Source: Malacoraja senta (taxonomy: Eukaryota). Taken from it: a stretch of 64,000 bases of DNA. Each line of letters begins with the position of its first letter. Position 1 is the first letter of the stretch. The position numbers and the translations under genes were made by a program. This document shows positions 22,241-34,956 of the stretch, in pieces. Location: the NCBI GenBank assembly GCA_038087875.1, contig CM075989.1, positions 15,998,001-16,062,000 on the forward strand, in the 5' to 3' direction. Below the pieces are notes generated by a model, which saw only the letters and a program-made list of their open reading frames with translations, was not told the origin of the DNA and made no database searches.

Positions 22241-23648
22241 ATGCCGTATCTTGTACGATGTGTCGAACTAAACTGTGAGGGATTTTAAAGCACACGTTGT
22301 TCTTTGCGGATAAGTCTGAACTTACCACCCGTGGATCTCGCAGAATCTCATCCAGTTGACAAACATTCTGATAGAAATTAATGGAAAGGAAGAGCTTAGA
22401 TGGGGCATCTTGGTCATCATGGACGTGTTGTACCAAAGGGCCTGTTTGCGTGCCCTATGACTCAATGACTCTCTCAGGCAAAATTCACCTGCATCTCTCC
22501 AGCTTCAGCACTAAACCTAAGTTCTTGCAGTGGGGACTTGGACCCCACAACCTGCTAGCTCAGGGGGAGGAATGGTGCCACCAACTGTGCCAACACCAGG
22601 ACACACTAGACCAGGGACCGGTACCACTTGGCCGGGGCCTCTCTCTCCCAAAGTCCGATGTTTGTGACTTCAGGTCACATTCCGGAGATGTGACCGTACA
22701 ATCCAACCTGACACTTCAGTGCAGCTCCAAGCAAGTGCTGCATATTGTCACTGGCTCTTTTATCATCCGATGAAAAGCTTTCAACAATAAATCTCTCCGT
22801 ACTGCAATAGAATTTCTCAATTTAAATGGATTCAAACCAAAGATCAATAGAAGTACGTTTTAGAAAATGAAGTAATTTATAATGTTGTGTTGCAGATGAT
22901 AGACTCTGGGTGAAGTCTCCAATTCTGTGTAATAGACATTTCTCACCATGATAGAGTCTGCCTGTAAGGGTTCAATTTTAAAGCAGGGCACCTTGTAATG
23001 TCCTATCACATGCACATTCTCAGCTAAAATTTATGATTAATGTTTCTTTTTATGTTTTCTTGGCAACCTCACGATGATTCATCTCTGTAAGGAAACACAT
23101 TCTGAAAGGGAATTATAATACTAAGCATGAAAGGCAGCATCTGTGGAGAAAGATTTTGATGCCAACACTGTTTCATCGTCCAGCGAAACAATAAATCTGC
23201 TTCTATCTCCATAAGCACTTTGTTTTTCTAGGATTTTCAATTCTGAAGGCATTGAATCTTAAAAGATATGGAACAGAACAGGCCCTTCGGCCCACCAAAT
23301 CTGTGTCCACCAAACATAATCCTGCCACTGGATTCTACCACTCACCTACTCACTTGGGAAAATTTACAGTGGACAATAAACCTACCAAACCTACATATCT
23401 TTGGGATGTGAGGGGAAACCGGAGCATCCGGAGGAAATTCACATGGTTGCTGGAACTGCAGAGTTCATCAAAGATCAGGAATGAACTTGAGTCTGAAGAA
23501 GGGTGCCGACCCGAAAGGTCAGCTACCCATGTACTCCCAGCGATGAACATCCATTATTCCGCTGAGCTACTCCAGCACTTTGTGTCTTTTTTTAACCTGC
23601 GTCCCTTGCGCTGTGAGGCAGCAGTTCTGCTACCTGTGCACCTATCTG

Positions 23649-24690
23649 TAGCAATGTTACAAAATTTTGAGATTTAAAAAATCAAGTCTGTAATTTATGC
23701 CATCAGATAAAGCACAAAAAGACGTTTAATTTGACACCTAATTCACTTTCATATCTTCAGTATTAAAAAAGTTATGGCCATTTTCATACTCGGAAATTAG
23801 CATCTTGTTCCCTGTTGCTTTTCCATTGACTTAACACAAAAGCTGTGATCGAGGACAGTCAAAAGCCCATAACTTTCTTAAAAATTAAGAGAACTGAAAG
23901 AAATTTTCAGTTATTATAGATTGAAGCATTCTGAAACAAATATGAAACCATCTTACTTAGATGACATGAAATTAAAGCATATAATTAGTTAGTTACCTAA
24001 TTGTAGCTAATTACAAAATTCAATTACTAGATCTAAACATCTATCAATTTCTTAAGAATAGATTAACATTTTTAAATAGCCTAAGTGTCCAAATAACATT
24101 CACACAAGAATTCACAATATAACATAATTTTTAAATCTCATTGTCATGGATTTACAGGCCAAATGGAAGAAATTTAATGTTTAATACCTGTAAATTAATG
24201 GGCATTTAAATCATCTTGCGAGTGGGATTTTCTGGAACGCGATAATTTGGAACGTTGATTTGCGGTGAATTTAACCCCGTATCGGCATGAAAAATTCTGC
24301 CGTTAGTTCGGGGAAATGAATCACCGTTTCGCATTAAAAAATGTGAATTAAAGGCCTCTTAAGAAGCACTTTTATACATTAAAATAAACTGCTTTCGTTT
24401 ACCTGTCCCGTGCGTGAAATCCGTCCCCGTTGTCGGCGTTGACGGCTTTCGAAGCTGATTTTAAAATTGCTCCAGCGCTGAACTTGTCGATTGAATAAAA
24501 ATAAAAAATACACAAAACGCCCGTCGGAACGATTTTTCAGGAAAAGCTGGCACTCCAACGAAATATAATACAGGACAAGGTAGGAGAAACCCGCGTTTTA
24601 ACCCCGCCCCCCCTCAAAGGCGCCAAAATCGCGCACACGGCCAGTGGCAGAATTACAGCGCCGCTGAAGGTAAGTGTTGTAACATACCTA
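23649..24690. mobile_element. Non-autonomous DNA transposon (hAT-like), about 1.04 kb
   Basis: TAG...CTA ends. Imperfect TIRs tagcaatgttacaaaa vs taggtatgttacaaca. TSD CTATCTG at 23642-23648 and 24691-24697 (8 bp if the adjoining T is counted). No transposase ORF. Confidence 0.75.
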
Positions 24691-25266
24691 CTATCTGTCC
24701 ATATTTGTAGCACAGGCAATATCTAGCTCTACAACCACATGTTGTCATCTCAAGAGCTTTGACCCGGATTGAGGCAGCGCACTATTCCAGTACAACAGGG
24801 AGCTTCAGGTCCAACACACGTCAAAGGGGGAGTCACCCAGACCGTATCCAAGGAGCTTGGTCTCGGGAAAGCAATCAAAGTGTCCGGCAATTTATAGGAC
24901 ACGCAGCAGAAAGGTTCCGCCAAGAACAAAGAGGAATCCGGCGGCCATGTGCGGCCACGTGCGGTGCCAGGCCTTGTTCGCCACTGTGAGAAGATTAGAC
25001 TGTACTAAGAACTTCTGAAAGTTAGTCGACACCAGAAACGTGGCAATTCTTTGTGTACTGCCCAGGTGAGGTTTGCTGTATGATTTTACCAGATTGTATG
25101 CAAAAACAAAACATTTCACTGTACTTCGGAGCATGTGACAATAAAGTATCATTGCATTGAATCATTGAGCTGATGTGGAAGAAGATGATGGATTGAAGCA
25201 CCCTGTAGTTTGCCGTCTCCTAAGTGAACGTCAAGGTCTGTAGGTCCACCGTTACCCCTTCTATGT

Positions 25267-25604
25267 GGGACGACAGATGGCGCAATGGGCTAAGTGTTCG
25301 GCTGGCAACCGGAAGGTAGCCGGTTCGAATCCCGCTTGGAGTGCATACTGTCGTTGTGTCCTTGGGCAAGACACTTCACCCACCTTTGCCTGCGTGTGAA
25401 TGTGTGTGAGTGATTGGTGGTGGTCGGAGGGGCCGTAGGCGCAGATTAGCAGCCACGCTTCCGTCAGTCTGCCCCAGGGCAGCTGTGGCTACAAAAGTAG
25501 CTCACCACCACCGAGTGTGACTGAGGAGTGAATTAATAATGCGATGTAAAGCGCCTTGAGTATTAGAAAGGCGCTATATAAATCCCATCCATTATCATTA
25601 TTAT
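25267..25604 (+). mobile_element. tRNA-derived CORE-type SINE, AFC-like, with L2-type tail
   Basis: A box tggcgcaatgg, B box ggttcgaatccc, core gtgtccttgggcaagacactt, tail tgtaaagcgccttgag..gaaaggcgctatataaat + (att)n. TSD TATGT at 25262-25266 and 25605-25609. Confidence 0.8.
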
Positions 25605-25719
25605 TATGTCTGAAGGACAGAAGAACTAAATTCCACTCTGGAAACCTCCACTCCTAAGCTGGGCTGGCTCATTTTAGCCCCACGCTCCTGATATTATGGC
25701 ACCCGGTACAGAGGGGAGA

Positions 25720-25928
25720 GGTTGACAAAAATGCTGGAGAAACTCAGCGGGTGAGGCAGCATCTATGGAGCGAAGGAAATAGGCAACATTTCGGGCCAAA
25801 CCCTTCTTTAACGTTTCGGCCCGAAACGTTGCCTATTTCCTTCGCTCCATAGATGCTGCTGCACCAGCTGAGTTTCTCCAGCATTTTTGTCTACCTTCGA
25901 TTTTCCAGCATCTGCAGTTCCTTCTTAA
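25720..25928 (+). mobile_element. Hairpin-type Penelope-derived insertion (second subfamily)
   Basis: About 75-bp inverted arms. Flanking duplication ACAGAGGGG at 25708-25716 and 25929-25937. Confidence 0.75.
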
Positions 25929-25974
25929 ACAGAGGGGGGGGGGGGTCGGGAGGGAGAGGGGTGTCTCCCTGTCG

Positions 25975-26300
25975 GTCTGCTCCTGGGCCTGGCCAAGATG
26001 GCGGGTCCAGGCAGCGGGTAGCTGACGGCCACACCGGGGTCGACTGCCTGCCCCTTTTCCGGGCCTACGTCCGTGCCCGCCTGTCCCTGGAGAGGGAACA
26101 CACCGTATCCACGGGGACTTTGGAGGTCTTCCGTGAACGCTGGTCGCCGCGGGAGGTCGAGTGTATTGTTGATAAAGTTGGCGATATATTAATTTGATGA
26201 CCGTTTATTTGTAAACTGTCAATATAGGCAGCCATTGATTGTGTTAATAGTCTGTTTATTTTTTATTTTTTGAATAAAAGTATTTGTATAATAACAAAAT
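25975..26300 (+). mobile_element. L1/Tx1-clade LINE 3' fragment
   Basis: DCLPLFRAYVRARLSLEREHTVSTGTLEVFRERW, then AATAAA. A related copy lies on the minus strand at about 26670-26960. Confidence 0.65.
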
Positions 26301-27839
26301 TGTTTTTTTTAACTAGACTGAAGCTCCTGTGCCATACTGAGGGAGCGCAGTATCGTCAACCGTTTGGATGACAACCCCAACGTCATATTGTTTTAAACAC
26401 AAGAGGATCCACTGCATTACATGTGGAAGAACGAGGAGGTTATCTTTGTGTTTAGTTAACCCCCCCCCCACCCCAAATAACATCAACCAAACAATATAAA
26501 TGGTTATTTATTTCATTACTGTTTGCGAGAATTTGTTGCCATCTTTGTCTACATTACAACAGGGCCGTCTGTTTATGAGTAAGTTCTCTGTTGTGAAGCT
26601 CTTTGGGATATCCAGAGGGTGTATGGGCTCCAGATGAATCTTTCCTTCCTCTGTCGCTGCTTCTCTTTTTTTTTTAATCAAAAAATGTATTCAATTATTA
26701 AAAAATAATAATTACACTACAATAAAACAAGCCAGAACGCACCACCATAATACAATACAAACATATATCCATAATAACCTACTATACAACTATGATACAA
26801 TCCTTATTGAGGATACATTCAACACCCTGCGGAGCCCAGCGATCCTGGAACTCCCCCAGGGTGCCCGTGGTCAGGGCGTATTCCCTTTCTAACCGCACCC
26901 GGGCACGAACGTATCCCCGGAAAAGGGGCAGGCAGCTGGCTCGGGTAGAGCCCTCGCCAGATCTGTTGCTGCTTCATGGAAGGTCCACTCAGGGAATCAA
27001 CTCAATTAGGCCCTCCAGATATAACTCCAAATAATCGGTCTGATCCCATGGTGAGGTGGCATTTTAGTAGGAGGGAATGAGGCAGAGTGGGTCCAGTTCT
27101 AATCATGGGCCACAGACCCCATTAAAGTGCTGCCCAAGAAGGTGAATGACAGTAGCTCAGTCGGATCAAGATGCTCCTTCTCTCCTCCACAGCACAGCTT
27201 CAGAAAGTTTACTGATAGTCGGCACGCTTGAATGAATTGATCACATCGGTGCAAGCGCTGGTACTGTGAGAGAATTCGAAGTGAGCATTCGCAGGTTATG
27301 TATTCCTTACACCCCTGTTTACTGATCAGCAGAAGACCTCTTTGAACTTGGATTTGCCTCCTTGTGCGGAACCGACTGCACAGAGAATTGTAAGGCAGTG
27401 ATTGCAGGGGGGAGCTGCACTGAGGTTTGCAGTGATTGGACCTCCGATACTTGAGAGCAAAACTAGCAATACGTACATTCTGAATCTGATCAGGAGCTTG
27501 TCTTTGCTTTGATTTCTTTGCCAAGGGACATGGATCCCAATCCTCTGATCCCTGACCCATCTGCAGCAGAAACAGTTTCTTCTTATTTGCTGCTTCTTTT
27601 TTCTGCTTCTTGCTGTCAAGAGGCTTTTAGACATGCGGGGAATGGAGGGATATGGATCACTTGCTGACAGGGGAGATTAGTGTAACGTGGCATCATGTTC
27701 AGCACAGACCTTGTGGGCAGTAGGGACTGTTTTCATGCTGTACTGTTCTATGTTCTATGTTTCAGAATTTTGAATGCAGATTATTTTTATTCCCATAAAG
27801 ATCTTTAGTCCAAGCAGAACGATTCTGACTTCAGATATT

Positions 27840-28130
27840 AGACTTTAGACTTTAGAAACACAGCGTGGAAACAGGCCCTTCGGCCCACCAAGTCCACACC
27901 GATCAGCAATTACCCCATACACTAGCACTATCCTATGCACTAGGGACAATTTACACCTTGCAGAAGCCTTTTAAGCTACAAACCTGTATATCTTTGGAGC
28001 ATCCGGAGAAAAACCCACGCAGGTCACAGGGACAACATACAAATTCCATACAGACAGTACCCATAGTCAGAATCAAACCAGGGTCTCTGGCGTTGTAAGG
28101 CAGCAACTCTACCGCTGCACCACTGTGCTG
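27840..28130 (-). mobile_element. HE1-like V-SINE
   Basis: SINE consensus in reverse orientation. CR1 3' fragments adjoin at about 27630-27760 (+) and 28225-28550 (-). Confidence 0.85.
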
Positions 28131-29979
28131 ACTTCTCTCTATTCTCTCTGATGTCATTCATTTCTGATAAAATTCCGCCAATATCGAATCTGCACATCCT
28201 TCAGTGAAATTATGGGCTGCCATAGAGTCATGGAATTGTATAGCATGGAAACAGGCCCTTTGACCCAGTCACCCATGGCGACCAACATGCCCCATCCAAA
28301 CCAGTCCAATTTGCCCACGTTTGGCCTTTATCCCTCTCCCATCCATGTACCTATCCAGGACTCTTTTAAATATTGCTATGGTACTTTGTCACAACAACCT
28401 CCTCTGACAGCTCATTCCATATACCACCACCATCTGAGTGAAAAAGTTGCCCCTCAGATTCATATTAATTCTTGCCTCTCTCACCTTAAACTTATGAGCT
28501 CTGGTTTTTGATTGTGCTTTCACCTAATCCCCTCATGATTATATACACCACTTTTAATATCTTGATTGGAGTTAAAATCTAGCAATAAAATCTGTGAAGG
28601 TGAGAGTTCCCCTGGCAGGCAGCCCAGTGTGGAAATCTGCACACATTGAGCTGGCTTCTTTCCACACATAGACTTTGGTTCGCAAGCCCATTATTTCACC
28701 GAAGCTGCTGTACTTTGAATAACCACAAGATGTCACTTCATCTTCAGGAGCAGGTCTTGAGGGACTGAAGAGTTAAGTCTCCCACCCTGTGTTTCTACTA
28801 GGAGTAGGCCGTTCGATTAGAAAGCATCATTATTGTTGTGAACTCTTGCCCTCCTACATCAGTGTTTCCTTTGATTCTAAATTACAAGTCCTGCCCTTTT
28901 TTTTTTGCCTATTTCCTATCTCGGAACAGGTCATCAATAACATTTCCATCAGATCTTTTTTTTTTTGCAGCTTCCTAATCAAATGACAGCACGTAGGTTA
29001 AACCTAATGATCTATTTAGCTCAGCTGAGAATCCATTGTCACAGACATCATTTATCTATTTTTTAGTCGAAAGGCCACAAATCCTTCCGAATCTAATGGA
29101 GAATGGGTGTGGGGGAATAGTAAGCAGGGGGAGGGGGAGAAATGAAAAGCGAGCATCTAAATATCTTTCAGTGCCTCAGGAGATCCAAAGCACTGTAGCA
29201 GAAAAGCTAATTTACAGTTCTGTGCAAGAATGCAACCGAAGCCCCTGCAGCGCTGTGTGCAGATGAGGATAGGAGATGAGAACGATGGAATTAGCAGGTT
29301 TGTTCCCTGGGGTAGGCTCTCGACTATAATCACACAAGTACCCAGTCACAGTGCCCCGTGCCCATGTCAGCTCAGTGTCACTGGGTGCAGGTCATCCTCC
29401 CTGGAATACAATGGATATGAAGGACCAGGAGTCGATGATGGCACAACCTCCTAATGCCGTCCATCCGCCAGGTTAAATGGGCTTTCACGGGCAGTTGGAG
29501 CGTCCAGGCAGATATTAACCATGTTCTCCAGGGACCCTGCCTGGCCCGCTGAGTTGCTCCAGTACTTTGTGTCCTTTTTTTGTAAACCACATCGGCAGTT
29601 TCTTGTTTCTAGATATTAACGTCTGTTGCATTTTAATGCCTTTGCTGAACATTACAGATAAGAGGCAGAGTTGGCAGCTCCTCTTCAGGTTTCTCACACG
29701 ACCTCGACCCAAAACGTCACTCATTCTTTCCCTCCAGAGATGCTGCCTGTCCCGCTGAGTTACTCCATCATTCTGTGTCTATCTTCTCAAAGGACCTTCT
29801 TGACTCTCATCTGGGAAATTTTGTAGCACAACAACTGATTTTTCACAGCATTTCCCTCCAACCACTTGCACAAATACATGGAACAGTACAACACAGAAAC
29901 AGGCTCTTCAGCCCACAATACCCATGCCAAACAAGTTGCCAAGTTACACTAATTGCCTCTGCTTGTTACTCTAAGGCAT

Positions 29980-30390
29980 TCCCGTGTGCACAGCTTGGTC
30001 TGGCCACAGCTCTGCTAAGATCACAATAAATTGCAGAATTGTGGATGTAGCTCAGTCTATCACACAAAGCAGTCCCTTCAACACCCGTCTCCAATCACAC
30101 CCCGCCCACCCCCAGCGACTCTATCACAACACTCTACTCAGGAAAGCAGTCAACACAATGAAGGAAAACCCACATCCAGGTCATTCCCTCTTGTCCCCTC
30201 TCCCGTTGGGCAGAAGCTACAAAATCATGAAAGCATGTACCGCCAGATTCAGGAACAGCTTTTTCCTTATTGTTATCAGACTACCGAATGGTCCTCTACC
30301 AAACTACGGGTGTAGTCCCAATCTTCCAACCTATCTCTTTGCAGCCCTCACACTTTTTTTACCTGCATTTCCTCTGTAATTTTAATGCTA
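29980..30390 (+). mobile_element. Rex/Babar LINE 3' fragment, decayed
   Basis: RKAVNTMKENPHPGHSLLSPLPLGRSYK..TARFRNSFF. Confidence 0.7.
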
Positions 30391-30391
30391 C

Positions 30392-31232
30392 GATTTCAGA
30401 AAGCCTTTGATAAGGTCCCTCATAGGAAATTAATGGGAAAAATTAGAGCACATGGTATTGGGGTAGGGTACTGGCATGGATAGAAAATTGGTTGGCAGAC
30501 AGGAAACAAAGAGTAGGGATTAACAGGACCCCTTCAGAATGGCAGGCAACGACTAATGGCCTACCACTAGGCTCGGTGCTGGGACCGCAGCTATTTACAA
30601 TATACATTAATAATTCAGATGAAGGGATTAAAAGTAACATTAGCAAATTTGCAGATGACATAAAGCTGGGTGGCAGTGTGAACTGTGAGGAGGATGCTGT
30701 GAGGACAGATGGGGTGAGTGGGCAGATGCCTGGCAGATGCAGTTTAATGTGGATAAATGTGAGGTTATCCACTTTGGTGGCAAAAACAGGAAGGCAGATT
30801 ATTAAGGTGTCAAATTAGGAAAAGGGGAAGTACAGCGAGATCTGGGTGTCCTTGTACATCAGTCACTGAAAGTAAGCATGCAGGTATAGCAGGCAGTGAA
30901 GAAAACTAATGGCATGTTGGCCTTCATAACAAGAGGAGTTGAGTATAGGAGGAAAGAGGTTCTTCTGCAGTTGTACAGGGCCCTGGTGAGACCACACCTG
31001 GAGTATTGTGTGCAGTTTTGGTCTCCAAATTTGAGGAAGGACATTCTTGATATTGAGGGAGTGCAGCGTAGATTCATGAGGTTCATTCCCAGGATGGCGG
31101 GACTGCCATATGTTGAAAGAATGGAGCGACTGGGCTTGTATACACTGAAATTTAGAAGGATGAGAGGGAATCTTATTGAAATTATTATCAATTGAAATTA
31201 AGATTATTAAGGGATTGGACACGCTGGAGGCA
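30392..31232 (+). mobile_element. CR1 LINE RT fragment
   Basis: [11 protein letters not shown]..., [47 protein letters not shown]. Frameshifted. Confidence 0.9.
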
Positions 31233-32429
31233 GGTGGGACAAGTGGGACAGCCCCTTTACAGTTTGAAGAAGGGTCTCAACCCGAAACGTCACCCACTCC
31301 TTCTCAACAGAGAAGGAGTGGGTGACGTTGAGTTATTGTCCTGCTGAGTTATTCCAGCCTTTTGTGTTTACCTTCGGTGTAAACCATCATCTGCAGTTCT
31401 TTCCTGCACAAACGAAAATCTTGAATTTAGGTTTAGGTTTATTACTGTCGAGGTACAGTGAAAAGCTTTGTTTTGCATGCTATCCGACCAAATCAGATAA
31501 TACAATACTTCAATACAATCACGCCAATCTCAAGTACAATAGGTACTGCAAAAGGAAAGATACAGAGTCCAGAATATAGATCTCTCCATTGTAGCTCTCC
31601 AGGCATGGAGCTAGATGCAGCATGAGATATAGTATATACACACTTGAAGATTTTATCTTTAGCTCGCAGTTTTGGTGTCTTTTTAGATCATGCCTCATTC
31701 ATTAGATTTGTGCCTGGACTGGTGGATGCAGGAATGTGGTCAGAACAGTGGAAGGATGGGCTGAGACAATTCAAGCTGGATTGGAAGAATATTTTCAGCA
31801 TTGACTACTTAAAGTCACGCTTTGGCACATCATTGGGTAGACATGACTATATGTTCAACGATGGCCACACTGGCAGAGAAGGGTGAAACCTGCTGAACCA
31901 GAAATAAAGGAGTCAATTGAATGCCCAACCCAGTCCTGAAGGGTCATGGTGAGAAAGAATTGCATTTACTGCCGCAGAGAGGGGTGAGCGTGAGAATCAA
32001 ACAAAGTGGGGCGGTGGTTCCTATGTGTAACATGGGGTCATTTATCAGTACTGAACATACAAGAGGCGAGTTGAGAACTGTTTGTGCATTTCAACTGTAC
32101 TATAAGATTTTGTAGATATTATTGTGGATCAAGTGATCCTTGCTGGAGATGAACCAAGTCTGGATGTTGAGCTGCCTAAGCATAACACAAAGTGCCGGAG
32201 AAACTTAGCGGGTCAGGCAGCATCTGTGGGGGAAATAGACAGACTGCGTTTCAGGACTTGAGACTGGTGGAATGGGGGGGGGGGGGGGAAGAAAGCTGGA
32301 AAAGAGAGCTGGAAGAAGGGCACTGTTTGCATTGTTTCTGCATGGTGGGCTCCCAGCGTTAGGGAGGGGATGACCATTTTACAACCCTTCCAGTACGATG
32401 AACAATGAAAACATCACAAAACATAATTT

Positions 32430-32740
32430 CCACTAGTGGGAGAGTCTAGGACCTGAGGCCATAGCCTTAGAATAATAGGACATAACTTTAGAAAAGAGAT
32501 GAGGAGGAATAGTCAGTGGGTGGTGAATCTGTGGAATTCATTGCTACAGAAGGTTGTGGAGGCCAAATCAATGGATATTTTTAAGGTGGAGAATGACAAA
32601 TTCTTGATCTGTGCAGGTGTCAGGGGTTATGGGGAGAAGGCAGGAGAATGGGGTTGAGATGGAAAGATAGATCAGCCATGATTGAATGGCGGAGTAGACT
32701 TGATGGGCCGAATGGCATAATTTTGTTCCTTTAACTTATG
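32430..32740 (+). mobile_element. CR1 LINE 3' end fragment
   Basis: gtggtgaatctgtggaattcattg..ggttatggggagaaggcaggagaatgg..gggccgaatggc. Confidence 0.75.
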
Positions 32741-32869
32741 AACAGGTGAAAAGCCAGAGTCCACTGCTAAATATGTGGAACTAGCCATTCTTACAACAGA
32801 CTCCACGTTCCCTTCAAGTTTCACAAGACATGGCTGCACCAATGTAAGAGGGAGGTGCCATTTTTTCAG

Positions 32870-33835
32870 GACGAGCCGCCATCTTGGAGGAACGGTTGCT
32901 AAACAGCAGCCGTCCGTCAAATTCACTTTTTCTTTAGTTTTAGCTTTTTTATTTCTTTGTTTGTTTGGGGAATTTTGACTTTTAATGTGGGGGGGTAAGG
33001 GGGAAACTATTTCTGGGTCCCTACCTGGTCGGTGAGGCAGCTTTTTCTCCAGGCTGCCTCGTCGACCCGTCCTCGTGGCCTACCAGCGGGCCTGGAGCGC
33101 CGTTTTCCTGATGGGGACCGCCCAGCACCTTCAGCTTCGGTGGCGGCACAGCGCTGGAGCGCTATCGTGGAGCGGAGCGTAGCGGGCGATGCCTTGCCTG
33201 GGTCGCCACGCTGGAACGACGCGCTGGGGCTCCGGTATGCGGTGACCGCCGACATCAACACCTCCGGGCTGCGGGTCTGCGGAGCGACCAGCCGCGGGCG
33301 GCGGCGCTGACTTTTTCATCGGGAGCCTCGTGGCTCCAAATCGGCGCGGTCCTGTCGGCTTCAGGTGCCACGGACTCCGCTGGGAAACCGGCCGTTCCAG
33401 CCGCTGCGAGGACTCTCCCGATGGCCAGGAACATCGGGCCTCCGTAGAGGCAACTGCGGCGGCCTCGATGGGCCTGACTCTGGGGAGAACTGGGGCTGGG
33501 GACTGGACATTGTGCCTTCCCCCACAGTGGTGGTCATTGTGGGGGGATGATTTTTGTGTGCTGTGCCTGTTAGTCTGTGTTCATGATGGCGGTCGGAGGG
33601 GAGAGTGGACGCTGGCGCGATTTGGCTGTCGCTGCTCTCTCCTCAAATTGTGTTTCTTATTTTCTTTTTGTGCTTTTGTAATTGAATTCTGTCCTTGATT
33701 TGTGTATTGTGGTGTTTTTATATTTAATTTATTCCGATTATGTGTTTTGTATTTTTGTGATTCTATGCCTTGTAAGGTGTCCTTGGGTGTTAGAAAGGCG
33801 CCAGCAAATAAAATGAATTATTATTATTATTATTA
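32870..33835 (+). repeat. GC/CpG-rich unclassified interspersed repeat(s)
   Basis: Shares ccctacctggtcgg, agcttcgg.ggc.gcacagcgctgg and ggactggacatt..gcctt with 50690-51640. Ends in an L2-like tail gaaaggcgcc..aataaa + (att)n. Confidence 0.6.
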
Positions 33836-34956
33836 TTTTACAGGCAGAACCACACAACTGCTGGTGATCTGCACCTTCCTTCCGCAGGTAGGAACCCGCT
33901 GATGACTGCAGGGTTCACGATCCAGGGTCCATGCAGTAGGGCTGCTGCAATCTGCCCTGTGCAGTGCATCAACAGAGTGCGGAGGGAACTGTAATCGCCA
34001 TGCACCCTCCAGGCACACACTGTTTTACTTCTGAAATACCTACTGGATACAGACTATCAAACCCTTCACACAAGTTCACTGAGTTTTACTGAGCAAAATT
34101 CCATCATTTTGAACAAAAATAACATCTCACAAAGAAGGGTGTGGAGAAGGGCCCCCGACCCAAAATATCACCTATCCATGTTCTCCAGAGATAGACACAA
34201 AGTGACACAAAGAGTAACACAATGGGTCAGGCAGCATCTCTGGAGAAAAAGGATGCGTGATATTTTGGGTCAGGCTGGATGCTGCCTGACCTCCTGAGAT
34301 ACTCCAGCACTCTGTTGGGTTTTTTTAAACCAGCATCTGCAGTTCCTTGCAGTTGCAGTCCATCTCAATTGAATTGCAGATTTCTGGGAAAATCCTGAAA
34401 TCCCAGAGCCTTTAGTTCACAAGTATTTGACAACATTGCTCTCTGATATAAACCAGACATTTGCCCTCTGGCTCCTGGCAGTCATTGGGTGATTGTGAGT
34501 CACCAGAATTCCCCCCTCACCAGAGTTACACCCACGTTGTCACAGTGCAATCCCAATGCAGAGACTTATGGATGGGGTCAATCACAACGTCACATTCACG
34601 ATTTGAACGATTTCATGATCAATGTGGCCCTCTGCGGAGAGCCCTAACTGGCTCATGAATGTTTGTGTGTACTAACCTCAAACATCTTCATGGGCAGAGA
34701 CATTCACTTTATTGGACTTGTTCTGTCCAAGTTCCACGCTCTCCCACTGATGCATGGAGATGAGTTTAGTTTACAGGATTATAGACTTCATTTCTTGGAC
34801 GTATGTACACAATAAATATTTAAAGATGGGCACTGCAACCACATTGGTATTAAGATATAACTGAATATATTGAGATTATAGTGGGACTACAATGTACAGT
34901 TTACTGAGAATACATTTCCAGTCAGGAAAACTATAACGACACAGACAAGAAACTCT

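Noticed and set aside
27099..27560. 153-aa minus-strand ORF starting right after an acceptor-like ctgtttctgctgcag
   Set aside because: No recognisable domain and no supporting partner exon or promoter. Not excluded, but unsupported without RNA-seq or homology.
31688..31886. Exon-like open frame after a pyrimidine tract (DHASFIRFVPGLVDAGMWSEQW...)
   Set aside because: No homology recognised and no linked exons. Compatible with chance.
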